A stretch of DNA of 64,000 nt from Sphingomonadales bacterium (GTDB lineage: Bacteria > Pseudomonadota > Alphaproteobacteria > Sphingomonadales > Sphingomonadaceae): NCBI GenBank assembly GCA_025352685.1, contig JANXSN010000037.1, positions 8,316 to 72,315 of the forward strand, in the 5' to 3' direction. The position numbers and the translations under genes were made by a program. The notes beneath the pieces are model-generated. The model saw only the letters and a program-made list of their open reading frames with translations, did no database searches and was not told where the DNA came from. Positions 22,327 to 31,416 of this stretch are shown piece after piece; position 1 is the stretch's first letter, and each line of letters opens with the position of its first letter.

Positions 22327-24070
22327 AGACGCGCTTCCCGCCGATCCAGGTTTCGAAGACCTTGGTCGCGCGAAGTTCGGCCGGCGTTGAGATAAGCGGA
22401 TCAATGTCGACGAGGATGAAGTCGGCGCGGTAACCCGGAGTTAGGCGGCCGATCCGGTCCTCGGCCTGACCTGCAAACGCCGCTCCGGTCGTGAAGGCTG
22501 CCAGCGCGGCTTCCCGCGAGATACGCTCCTGTGGCTGCCACCCGCCGAACGGCTTGCCATCGGCGCCCTCACGCGTGATTGCCGCTGCAAGACCAGGGAA
22601 GGGGTTTGCGCTTTCGACGGGCACGTCGGATCCGAACGCGAGCCTGCTTCCGTTCTTCAGCATCGACGCCCACGCGTAGGTCCCGACGAGCCTGTTCGGT
22701 CCCAGCCGCGCCTCAGCCATTGTGCGGTCACTGGTCTGGTGGACAGGCTGCATCGAGGCAATGATGCCGTTCTTGCCGAAACGTGGCAGGTCAAAGGGGT
22801 CGACAATCTGGGCGTGTTCGATCCGCCACCGCCGGTCGCCTTTGTAGGTGAGCACGAGTTCCTCAATCGCCGACAGGATCTGCGCGTTTGCGGCGTCGCC
22901 AATGGCATGCGTTGCAACCTGGAAGTTGTTCATGGTTGCACGGCTCATGATGTTGCGCATCTTGGTATCGTCGAGGAAGCACAACCCACTCTGTGAAGGC
23001 GCATCGGTGTAAGGTCTCTTGAGGCAAGCGCCGCGCGAGCCCAGCGCACCATCGGCGTACATTTTCACCCCGACCATTCGAAGCCGATCGTCATAGAGCC
23101 AGGGCGTAGGACCCGACCCGGCAATTGAAATCGCGGTGTCAACGCTGTTGGCATAGCTGATCAAGCGTACCCGCAGTGCATCCTTGTCACCGGCACGACG
23201 CATCGTATTCCAGTCTTCGGGACTGGTGCCCATATCGGCGATCGCGGTAATGCCGAGTGCGAGCAGCACGTCCTGCGCTGTCGCGAGCGCCAAGTCGCGC
23301 TCGGCTGGGAGCGGTTGCGGTACAGCCTTTTCTATCAACGCCGTTGCGCGATCGACAAGCACACCGGCAGGTGCCCCACTCGCCAGTTTTTCTATGCGAC
23401 CCCCCGGCGGCGATGCAGTCTTGGCGGTTATCCCGGCCACGGCCAGCGCTGCAGAATTGCCCCATTGAGCATGGCCGTCGACGCGTGCGAGCAACACGGG
23501 TTTGTCGGCGACGACCGCGTCGATGTCGGCGGCGGTCGGAAACCGGCCGAGGTTCCAGACTTCCTGATTCCACCCGCGTCCCAAAATCCAGCGCCGCTCT
23601 GGGTGTGCTTTTGCATAATTGGCGATCTTTGCCTGCGCCTCGGCAAGCGTCTTGGTCTCTGACAGGTCGAGCGTCAGGGCAGCAATACCGAGTTCCATGA
23701 CATGCCCATGAGCGTCGAAAATGCCAGGCAGAAGCGTATGATTCTTGCCGTCGAGCCGCCAGTCGGGTCGCCAGTTCTTGTCATTCGACGGTTTTTCACC
23801 CTGCAGGATCAGTTTGCCGATCTTGCCCTCGGGAGTGACGGTAAGGCCTGTGAACCGAACCACTTGTCCCCTGCCATCCAAGGTAATGCCGTTAACGTTG
23901 TCAACCAGGCCGTCAGCGAGCGCGGGGCAGGCTGAGGCGAGCAACAACGCTGCCGCAATCATCGACTGGAACGGGGCAAACGTGCTCGTATCGACGTGGA
24001 AAGACCGGTTCCTCTTCAGTCCGGCATTGTGGGGTGAAGTGCCGAAGCGGGGGAGTGTTTTGCGCGTCAT
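22313..24070 (-). CDS. amidohydrolase family protein (YtcJ-like, amidohydrolase_3)
   Basis: LLPGIFDAHGHV, HAIGD, GSDVPVE blocks. A likely signal peptide begins at the alternative ATG 23962 (MIAAALLLASACPALA). Confidence 0.8.
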   Translation of the reverse strand: MTRKTLPRFGTSPHNAGLKRNRSFHVDTSTFAPFQSMIAAALLLASACPALADGLVDNVNGITLDGRGQVVRFTGLTVTPEGKIGKLILQGEKPSNDKNWRPDWRLDGKNHTLLPGIFDAHGHVMELGIAALTLDLSETKTLAEAQAKIANYAKAHPERRWILGRGWNQEVWNLGRFPTAADIDAVVADKPVLLARVDGHAQWGNSAALAVAGITAKTASPPGGRIEKLASGAPAGVLVDRATALIEKAVPQPLPAERDLALATAQDVLLALGITAIADMGTSPEDWNTMRRAGDKDALRVRLISYANSVDTAISIAGSGPTPWLYDDRLRMVGVKMYADGALGSRGACLKRPYTDAPSQSGLCFLDDTKMRNIMSRATMNNFQVATHAIGDAANAQILSAIEELVLTYKGDRRWRIEHAQIVDPFDLPRFGKNGIIASMQPVHQTSDRTMAEARLGPNRLVGTYAWASMLKNGSRLAFGSDVPVESANPFPGLAAAITREGADGKPFGGWQPQERISREAALAAFTTGAAFAGQAEDRIGRLTPGYRADFILVDIDPLISTPAELRATKVFETWIGGKRVFRMK

Positions 24071-24134
24071 GTGCGGACGATGGCAGATCAGCGTCGCGGA
24101 GGACAGAGGGCGAAACGCATTTGGTTGTCAGCGC

Positions 24135-24193
24135 GTTTATTGGGTAAGTATCTTTTAGGCAGCGTCTAGTTTATTCGGTAAATATCTTTAAAG
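24135..24193. repeat. two 25-bp direct repeats (21/25 identical), 34-bp period, in an AT-rich intergenic region
   Basis: gtttattgggtaagtatcttttagg (24135-24159) and gtttattcggtaaatatctttaaag (24169-24193). Confidence 0.85.
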
Positions 24194-24195
24194 CC

Positions 24196-25323
24196 GTGCT
24201 CAAACGTGACGCCAAAGGCAGTGACCGCAGTCCCCAACAAGGCGATTCCTATCTCATGGCTTCCCCCACAGCCGATCTGCCGCCGTTATCGGGCCTCGCG
24301 CCCGAAAGTTACGACGGCGGCGAGCAATCGGACGCCTTGCGCGAAAGCAACGCGCGTTTTGAAATCTTGTGCGATGCCATGCCACAAATGGTTTGGTCGA
24401 CACTGCCCGATGGTTTTCACGATTACTTCAACGCGCGCTGGTATGAATTCACGGGCGTTCCGGTCGGATCGACTGATGGCGAAGGCTGGCACGCAATGTT
24501 CCATGCCGATGATCGGGATCGAGCCTGGTCGCGATGGCAACACAGCCTCCTGACGGGCGAACCTTATGAAATCGAATATCGACTACGCCATCATAGCGGC
24601 GCCTACCGCTGGACACTTGGCCGAGCCTTGCCTGTGCGCGACCGTGCAGGACGTATCACGCGCTGGATCGGTACTTGCACCGACATTGACAATCAAAAGC
24701 GCGTCGGCGAGCATAATGAGATACTCAGCCGCGAGCTCAGTCATCGGATCAAAAATATCTTTGCCGTGATCAGCGGGCTCATCGCGCTTTCGGCGCGCCG
24801 GGATCCTCAAGCGAAGCCTTTTGCTGATGAACTTCTCGGAAGAATAACTGCGCTCGGCCGCGCCCATGAGTTCGTGCGGCCGCATAGCCAGGATTCACAG
24901 CCAACGATGGGCGACGTCACGCTCAAGAAAATGTTATTCGACTTGATGGGTGCCTATCCGGCCCGTGACAACGGGCGGCTGCGGATCGATGGCGACGACA
25001 TTGGTCTCGACGACCGCGGCGCAACGTCCATTGCATTGGTTTTCCATGAGCTTGCAACAAACGCTGCGAAATACGGTGCCTTCTCAGCGCACGACGGCCA
25101 GGTTCGTATCGAAATCACACGAGTTGGTCAGAGCGTCACCATTTTGTGGACGGAGCGCGGAGGACCGGTTGTCCCAGGCGTTCCTGACCATCAAGGATTT
25201 GGTACGCGCCTCACGGACATGAGTGTGGTTCAGCAGCTCGGCGGTACGATCGATAGAGCATGGCTTTCCGAAGGGCTCAAGGTCACAATTCAAGTGCAGA
25301 TGGACCGGTTTGCGCGGCGCTAG
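24196..25323 (+). CDS. PAS domain sensor histidine kinase, HWE/HisKA_2 type
   Basis: PAS block (MPQMVWSTLPDGFHDYFNARWYEFTG...YRWTLGRALPVRD). H-box ELSHRIKNIFAVISGLI. ATPase domain HELATNAAKYGA. Start may be the ATG at 24256. Confidence 0.85.
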   Translation: MLKRDAKGSDRSPQQGDSYLMASPTADLPPLSGLAPESYDGGEQSDALRESNARFEILCDAMPQMVWSTLPDGFHDYFNARWYEFTGVPVGSTDGEGWHAMFHADDRDRAWSRWQHSLLTGEPYEIEYRLRHHSGAYRWTLGRALPVRDRAGRITRWIGTCTDIDNQKRVGEHNEILSRELSHRIKNIFAVISGLIALSARRDPQAKPFADELLGRITALGRAHEFVRPHSQDSQPTMGDVTLKKMLFDLMGAYPARDNGRLRIDGDDIGLDDRGATSIALVFHELATNAAKYGAFSAHDGQVRIEITRVGQSVTILWTERGGPVVPGVPDHQGFGTRLTDMSVVQQLGGTIDRAWLSEGLKVTIQVQMDRFARR

Positions 25324-25367
25324 GCCACCGCAGGATCGGCGCAGCGCCATGCGATAGCCAGGAGAGG

Positions 25368-25781
25368 TTATGCCGCTTGTTGGAACAGCCGCAGCGAACG
25401 CGGTGGCACCGAAGCAACGTCCCCGGCTCTCCACCGCAGCGCATAATCTACTGCCTGGCGTACCGAGGCCTCGTCGGTGGGCTTGGTCAACACGCCGATT
25501 GCTCCCGAAATCCTTTCGCCCAGGATACGGGGGTTTGCGGTCACAAAGAGCACAGCAACGTCGCCGCGTGCGCAGAGGCGTTTGCCCATTTCCGAGCCCG
25601 TGAGCCCATCACGTAAATTCGGATCGACCAGCGCCAGGTCAATTGGCTGCATTGCGCCGGTGAGCGCCGTTTCTATGCCGGCTGCAATACCGACGACCTC
25701 ATGAACGAGTTCGCCGAGCACGGCTTCGATCTCGAAGGCAGCGAGCACTTCATCTTCGACGATCAGGATCTTAGCAGGCAT
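25368..25781 (-). CDS. single-domain response regulator (receiver only)
   Basis: MPAKILIVEDE..., DLALVDPNL (phospho-Asp), VLTKP. Convergent with the kinase gene. Confidence 0.8.
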   Translation of the reverse strand: MPAKILIVEDEVLAAFEIEAVLGELVHEVVGIAAGIETALTGAMQPIDLALVDPNLRDGLTGSEMGKRLCARGDVAVLFVTANPRILGERISGAIGVLTKPTDEASVRQAVDYALRWRAGDVASVPPRSLRLFQQAA

Positions 25782-25876
25782 CACGATTTCGATTGGTGAC
25801 AGATGCGTCGGTACCAAGCGTGGAACGCGGATCCCTCGCTTGCCGACCGAGGGACATTTTCAACGATGCGCGCGGA

Positions 25877-26767
25877 TCAATCCTTTCTGAGTCGGCGGAC
25901 GAGGGCGCTTGTGTCCTGGCGCCCGCCACCCATGCCCTGCACATCGGCAAAGAATTGATCGACCAGCGCGGCGATCGGTAGCGTTGCTCCGTTAGCACGG
26001 GCTTCTTCGAAGGCGAGCCCCAGATCCTTGCGCATCCAGTCTATCGCAAATCCGAAGTCGAATTCGTCGCGGACCATTGTTGCCCAGCGGTTGGTCATCT
26101 GCCAGCTGCCAGCTGCGCCACCAGAAATGCTGTCGAACACTCGGTCGAGGTCAAGCTCGGCAGCCTGCGCGAAGCGCAGCGCTTCGCCAAGCGACTGGAT
26201 AATGCCCGAAAACGCGATCTGGTTGGCCATCTTTGTAGTCTGGCCTGCACCGGGCGCACCCACATGAACAATGCGACTCGAGTAAGCCTTCATGAACGGG
26301 CTGGCCGCGGCAATGCCCGCGTCCGTCGCGCCACACATAAGCGTTAGCGTGCCATTGACAGCGCCCACCTGTCCGCCCGTTACGGGCGCATCGACGCTGT
26401 GCAACCCCATGCCTTTTGCTTCGACGGCGAGCTGCCGCGCGATCTTGGCAGACACAGTCGTGTGATCGATGAAGACGCTCCCCTTCGTCATCGCGCGAAA
26501 CGCACCGTCACGGCCGAGGGTGACCGAGGCGAGGTCGTCGTCGTTGCCAACGCACGCGATCACGGCATCGACGTCGCTTGCTGCGTCTGCAGGGCTGTCG
26601 ACGGCGCTTGCACGGCCTTGGCCGTGTTCGACGACCCAGGCATCGGCCTTCGAGCGCGTACGGTTGTAGACAACAAGCGAATGGCCGGCAGCGGCGAGAT
26701 GCTTCGCCATTTGCCCGCCCATGACGCCCAGCCCGATAAAAGCTAGTTTAGACATGACATGCGGCAT
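25877..26767 (-). CDS. NAD(P)-dependent oxidoreductase, 3-hydroxyisobutyrate dehydrogenase family
   Basis: FIGLGVMGGQMAKHL Rossmann motif, DAPVTGG. Start at 26767 or 26755. Confidence 0.85.
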   Translation of the reverse strand: MPHVMSKLAFIGLGVMGGQMAKHLAAAGHSLVVYNRTRSKADAWVVEHGQGRASAVDSPADAASDVDAVIACVGNDDDLASVTLGRDGAFRAMTKGSVFIDHTTVSAKIARQLAVEAKGMGLHSVDAPVTGGQVGAVNGTLTLMCGATDAGIAAASPFMKAYSSRIVHVGAPGAGQTTKMANQIAFSGIIQSLGEALRFAQAAELDLDRVFDSISGGAAGSWQMTNRWATMVRDEFDFGFAIDWMRKDLGLAFEEARANGATLPIAALVDQFFADVQGMGGGRQDTSALVRRLRKD

Positions 26768-26814
26768 AGCGGGCGTTTGCGGGGTGCGCTAGATGACGTT
26801 AGAGCCGACGATGT

Positions 26815-28053
26815 ATGGCCACCGTATCAAACCTGTCCGTTGCTTCAGTCACTCTCGAACATATCCGTGCCGCGGCAGCACGAATTGCAGGAAAGGTGGT
26901 GCGCACGCCGACGTTGAAGAGCATTACGCTGTCGGCGATGACCGGGGCCGAGGTCTGGCTGAAGTTCGAAAACCTCCAGTTTACCGCGGCTTACAAGGAA
27001 CGGGGTGCGCTCAATAAATTGCTGCTGATGCCCGATACGGCGCGGGCAAAAGGCGTTATCGCGGCGTCTGCGGGTAATCATGCGCAAGGACTGGCCTATC
27101 ACGCGGCGCGCTTGGGCATTCCCGTCACCATTGTCATGCCGCGTTCGACCCCCACCATCAAAATCACTCAGACACAAGGCCACGGGGCCGAAGTCCTCCT
27201 GCACGGTGAGACGTTCGATGCCGCCTATGCGCATGCCCGTGAGTTGGAGACGGCGCGCGACCTCACATTCGTCCATCCCTTCGACGACGCGGAAATCATT
27301 GCAGGGCAGGGTACGATCGCGCTTGAAATGCTCGAGGACGCGCCAGGGATCGACATGCTGGCGATCCCGATCGGCGGCGGCGGCTTGCTGTCGGGTGTCG
27401 GTACGGCGGCCAAGGCGCTGAAACCCGGTCTTCAGGTCGTCGGTGTACAGGCCGAGCTTTATCCATCCATGTACGCGTTGCTCAACGACCTCGATATGCC
27501 AGCCGAGGGCGACACGCTGGCCGAGGGCATTGCAGTCAAGCATCCGGGAATGTTGACCCGTGAGATCGTCCGGGCGATTGCTGACGATATCGTGCTCGTG
27601 GCTGAGCGGCATCTCGAAAAGTCAGTCGCGCTTTTGCTCGAAATTGAAAAGACAGTGGTCGAAGGCGCAGGCGCAGCGGGGCTCGCCGCGCTGCTTGCGC
27701 ATCCCGAACGCTTCAAAGGCAAGACGGTCGGCATCGTGCTGTGCGGCGGCAACATCGACACGCGGTTACTCGCAAACGTGCTGCTGCGCGATCTGGCGCG
27801 TTCCGGACGACTGGCGCGCCTTCGCGTCCGCCTGCAGGACCGACCGGGCGCATTGTTCAACGTCGCGCGCATTTTTGACGAGCAATCGGTCAACATCATC
27901 GAAATCTATCATCAGCGCGTCTTCACGACGTTGCCCGCCAAGGGGTTGATTACCGATATCGAGTGCGAAACGCGGGGCCCGGAACATCTCGATCGCCTTG
28001 TCGCGGCGTTGACCGAATGGGGATATGAAGTTTCGAAGGTGGAACTTGCCTGA
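26815..28053 (+). CDS. ilvA: threonine ammonia-lyase (threonine dehydratase) with one C-terminal ACT-like domain
   Basis: ENLQFTAAYKERGA PLP-Lys block, SAGNHAQG, IPIGGGGLLSG. Confidence 0.88.
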   Translation: MATVSNLSVASVTLEHIRAAAARIAGKVVRTPTLKSITLSAMTGAEVWLKFENLQFTAAYKERGALNKLLLMPDTARAKGVIAASAGNHAQGLAYHAARLGIPVTIVMPRSTPTIKITQTQGHGAEVLLHGETFDAAYAHARELETARDLTFVHPFDDAEIIAGQGTIALEMLEDAPGIDMLAIPIGGGGLLSGVGTAAKALKPGLQVVGVQAELYPSMYALLNDLDMPAEGDTLAEGIAVKHPGMLTREIVRAIADDIVLVAERHLEKSVALLLEIEKTVVEGAGAAGLAALLAHPERFKGKTVGIVLCGGNIDTRLLANVLLRDLARSGRLARLRVRLQDRPGALFNVARIFDEQSVNIIEIYHQRVFTTLPAKGLITDIECETRGPEHLDRLVAALTEWGYEVSKVELA

Positions 28054-28066
28054 TTAACCCTCTTTA

Positions 28067-28915
28067 ATGGTAAATCCGCTTTTAATGCGACGCGTGGCGA
28101 CGCATAACCACTGGATCGTGACAGCTCCTTTCCGTTTTCCCCGTTTCTTCGTAACCACGCCATCGCCGTGCCCCTATCTGCCGGGCCGGACGGAGCGGAA
28201 GGTATTTACCGAGCTGGTTGGACCTGACGCGGTGGAGTTGAACGAGGCGCTGTCGCGCATCGGATTCCGGCGAAGTCAGGGTGTAGCCTATCGGCCTTCG
28301 TGTCTCGATTGTGGGGCATGCGTGTCCGTCCGGGTCCTCACGCGCGAGTTCACACCGAGTGCAACACAGCGCAAACTTTTGAAACGTCACGCCGACCTTG
28401 AAGTCACTGCCTGCCGGCCGTGGTCAACGCAAGAGCAGTACGACCTGATGCGGCGCTACCTTGATTCGCGCCACGCCAGCGGCGGAATGGCTGGCATGGA
28501 CGAAGTCGACTTCGCTGACATGATCGAGCATTCGGCGGTTGATACCCAAGTGGTCGAATATCGCGAGCCATCGCTTGGTGGACGACCCGGCAAGCTCGTC
28601 GGCGCATGCATCACCGACCGTCAGGGTGACGGTGTCTCGATGATCTACAGCTTTTTTGCCTCGGAAGACGAGGGCCGACCTGGCCTCGGTACCTATATTA
28701 TCCTCGACCATATCGCACGCGCGGCGAAGGCGGATTTGAGTTTTGTTTACCTCGGCTACTGGGTCGCGGGATCAAAGCGCATGGAATATAAGGCTCGGTT
28801 CCAGCCGATGGAGCGCCTTGGCCCTGCAGGTTGGCGGCGGATGACAGCTGTCGAGGTCACACAATCGTTGAAGGGGGAAGGGTTGCCCGGCGCACCCGAC
28901 GGACGCAAGTTCTAG
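28067..28915 (+). CDS. bpt: arginyltransferase-family N-degron aminoacyl-transferase (Bpt)
   Basis: [21 protein letters not shown] and [22 protein letters not shown] blocks. Start at 28067 or the ATG at 28085. Confidence 0.85.
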   Translation: MVNPLLMRRVATHNHWIVTAPFRFPRFFVTTPSPCPYLPGRTERKVFTELVGPDAVELNEALSRIGFRRSQGVAYRPSCLDCGACVSVRVLTREFTPSATQRKLLKRHADLEVTACRPWSTQEQYDLMRRYLDSRHASGGMAGMDEVDFADMIEHSAVDTQVVEYREPSLGGRPGKLVGACITDRQGDGVSMIYSFFASEDEGRPGLGTYIILDHIARAAKADLSFVYLGYWVAGSKRMEYKARFQPMERLGPAGWRRMTAVEVTQSLKGEGLPGAPDGRKF

Positions 28916-29667
28916 TCGCTTGTTTTCGTCATAAACGGCGGATCGGGAATCGCCATTCGACTTTCGTTCATCATTCGGCCCCAGCTGGCCGATAATTGGT
29001 TGAAATACGGATCGTCTTCCGAGAGCCGTATGCGAACGACGTCGCGGCTCGCGTCGGTCGGGATCGCGACCAGATCGATTGGTCGACCGACGGACAGGTT
29101 TGATCGCATCGTTGAATCGAACGAGATCAGCGCGACCTTGACCGCTTCGTCTAATCCGGACTCAAACGTGAGCGTGCGGTCTAGGATGGGCTTGCCATAT
29201 TTAAGTTCGCCGATCTGGAGAAACGGCGCGTCGGGCGCGCATTCAATAAAATTGCCCTCGGCGTAGATCTGAAACAGCATCAAGGGCCCGTCGGCAATCC
29301 GTCCACCGACAAGCACCGACGCACTGGCGTTTATCCTCGTCCCTTCGAGGGTGATGCCGATCGCGCGCTTGGCTGTGGTAAGGGCTTCGCCAACTAGCTG
29401 CGCGACACGAAACATTGTCGGTTGCGTCGCGACTGTGCGAGTGACGCCAGAGTCGTCGAGACACGGCATGCCTTCTTCGAGCATGGAGAGCATCGACTGG
29501 GTGACCGATAGACTGCCAGCCGTACACACAAAGATCAGGTGCCCGTCCGTCTGGGCCAGGGGGTGAAGCTTTTTGTAAATCGATACGTTGTCGACCCCCG
29601 CATTGGTCCGGGTGTCGGCGAGGAGCACCAAGCCGGCTTGGACGAGGATGCCCACGCAATAGGTCAT
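28912..29667 (-). CDS. proteasome-type Ntn-hydrolase (Anbu-like peptidase)
   Basis: 251 aa starting [24 protein letters not shown], with Thr directly after Met. Last gene of the ATP-grasp/alpha-E/transglutaminase operon. ATGA overlap with the upstream gene. Confidence 0.8.
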   Translation of the reverse strand: MTYCVGILVQAGLVLLADTRTNAGVDNVSIYKKLHPLAQTDGHLIFVCTAGSLSVTQSMLSMLEEGMPCLDDSGVTRTVATQPTMFRVAQLVGEALTTAKRAIGITLEGTRINASASVLVGGRIADGPLMLFQIYAEGNFIECAPDAPFLQIGELKYGKPILDRTLTFESGLDEAVKVALISFDSTMRSNLSVGRPIDLVAIPTDASRDVVRIRLSEDDPYFNQLSASWGRMMNESRMAIPDPPFMTKTSD

Positions 29668-30479
29668 TGCTGCTGTCCTCCAGCTTCATCGACACGGACG
29701 TCGACGTCGAGTTCTTCAATGCCGCCGCCGACACGCGCTCCCGACACGGGTGTACAGTCGTACGCGTCGAGCCCGACGGCCACTCGGACATAGCTTTCAT
29801 CGGGACTGAAACCCGAACTCGGGTCAAGACCGACCCAGCCCAGGCGGTCGATGTGAACCTCAGCCCAATAATGGGCCGAGCAGCGGTATCCACGATTGGG
29901 GCCATGCAGGCTGTGGCCCGAGACGATGCGCGCTGGACAGCCACTTGCGCGGGCTACGGCAACCAAAAGGTGTGCCGCGTCGCGGGTGGTGCCATGACCG
30001 CTTTCAAGGATTTCGCCGGGCGTGCGTCCAACGGGGCCGCGTCCGGCGCCAATTTTGATCGCACCCCCGACCGATGTGTTGAGCGCATGGATGCGCTCGA
30101 GCCAGTCGCTGCCGCGCATGACGTGCGCAAAATCGCGGGCTGCGTCGCAGACTTTCGTTGAAGGCGTCGTTCGGGTGAAATAGAGCGGCGGCAGCGGTTC
30201 GTGTGCGCCCTTGACAACGCCCGCTTGATCCTCGGTCAGCACTTCGCCCCGCACCGTCAGCTCCAATGCGTCAAGAGGTCCGTCGAGATATAGCATCGTT
30301 GTGGGATTGCCATATCCGTCGAGGCCAGTGCGCAGTCGAGCGTCGCAATCGACGTCGATACGCCAGTCGATGACGGTCTGTGCGGCGTAATCGCTTGGCG
30401 TAACGCGCAACAGCTGCACGACGCGCGCCTGCGGGACGCTGAAGCGATAGCGCGTATGATGGTCGATACTCAGACGCAT
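29664..30479 (-). CDS. transglutaminase-like family protein
   Basis: N-terminal MRLSIDHHTRYRFSVP (Bact_transglu_N-like). Core blocks GCPARIVSGH, SAHYWAEV, GWVGLDPS. The nucleophile block reads GHGTTRDAAH. Confidence 0.8.
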   Translation of the reverse strand: MRLSIDHHTRYRFSVPQARVVQLLRVTPSDYAAQTVIDWRIDVDCDARLRTGLDGYGNPTTMLYLDGPLDALELTVRGEVLTEDQAGVVKGAHEPLPPLYFTRTTPSTKVCDAARDFAHVMRGSDWLERIHALNTSVGGAIKIGAGRGPVGRTPGEILESGHGTTRDAAHLLVAVARASGCPARIVSGHSLHGPNRGYRCSAHYWAEVHIDRLGWVGLDPSSGFSPDESYVRVAVGLDAYDCTPVSGARVGGGIEELDVDVRVDEAGGQQQ

Positions 30480-30480
30480 G

Positions 30481-31416
30481 TCACAAGAACCTGAACTGTT
30501 TGGATATCGCCTGGTCGAGCGCCGCGTTCTCCTCGATGAAGCTCTCGACGTATTGATGAAGCCCGCCCTTGATTACATTATCAATCCGCGTTTCGCCAAG
30601 TCGGGCATGGCGCAGGCGCGCAAGCCGGTCGGCTTCGCCCTGGAATCCCGTTTGTTTCCCAAGTGCATTGAGGTGCAGCACCACTTCCTCGGCGCTGGCG
30701 GCCAGTGAGCGCGGGAGTTCGCGGCGCAAGATCAGGAGCTCGGCAACCGAACGCGCCTCGAGCCCCTCGCGATAAAGCCAGCGATAAGCGTTCACCGCTG
30801 CAAGCGTCTGGAGGATTGTCGTCCACTGGTCACGGTCGACCGCACCGCCGACACGTTCGCCTTCAGGCAGAAGAATGTGATATTTGACGTCGATCAGACG
30901 TGCGGTATTGTCCGCACGTTCGATCGTGGCTCCCAGGCGGATGAACCAAGACGCCGGGTTGCGGAGCATCCGTCCGATCGCGCCCTCGAACCCGCGGGTT
31001 TCGCTTTGAGCCTGCTCCATCAAAGCGAGCGTTGCCTGCGTGTCACCCGGACTCGTCCGCCCGTTGAACAGCAGCCACGCACTGTTGATCGTCGACCAGG
31101 CATCACGGCTGAGTGCAGTGCGCACAGCCTTTGCATTGCCGCGCGCAAAACCGAGACACGAGACGACCGAGCCGGCGTGGGCGTTTGACAAGGTAAGGAA
31201 CCGCGTGACGTTGCGCGGTGTTAGCTTTTCGCCGGTTTTGGCAAAGGCTTCTTCGGCCTCGATTACAGCAAGCGCGCTCGCCCACGCCGCTTCACCCGCT
31301 GGTCGTGATGAAAGCGCATCGAGACGAACCGTTGCTTCAACAAGGCGTGCCGTAAACTCGGCACGCTCGACATACCGCCCCATCCAATAGAGCGAGGCGG
31401 CGGTACGCGAGAGCAT
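30481..31416 (-). CDS. alpha-E domain-containing protein
   Basis: MLSRTAASLYWMGRYVERAEFTARL, typical of the alpha-E (DUF403) family. Abuts the ATP-grasp gene stop. Confidence 0.8.
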   Translation of the reverse strand: MLSRTAASLYWMGRYVERAEFTARLVEATVRLDALSSRPAGEAAWASALAVIEAEEAFAKTGEKLTPRNVTRFLTLSNAHAGSVVSCLGFARGNAKAVRTALSRDAWSTINSAWLLFNGRTSPGDTQATLALMEQAQSETRGFEGAIGRMLRNPASWFIRLGATIERADNTARLIDVKYHILLPEGERVGGAVDRDQWTTILQTLAAVNAYRWLYREGLEARSVAELLILRRELPRSLAASAEEVVLHLNALGKQTGFQGEADRLARLRHARLGETRIDNVIKGGLHQYVESFIEENAALDQAISKQFRFL

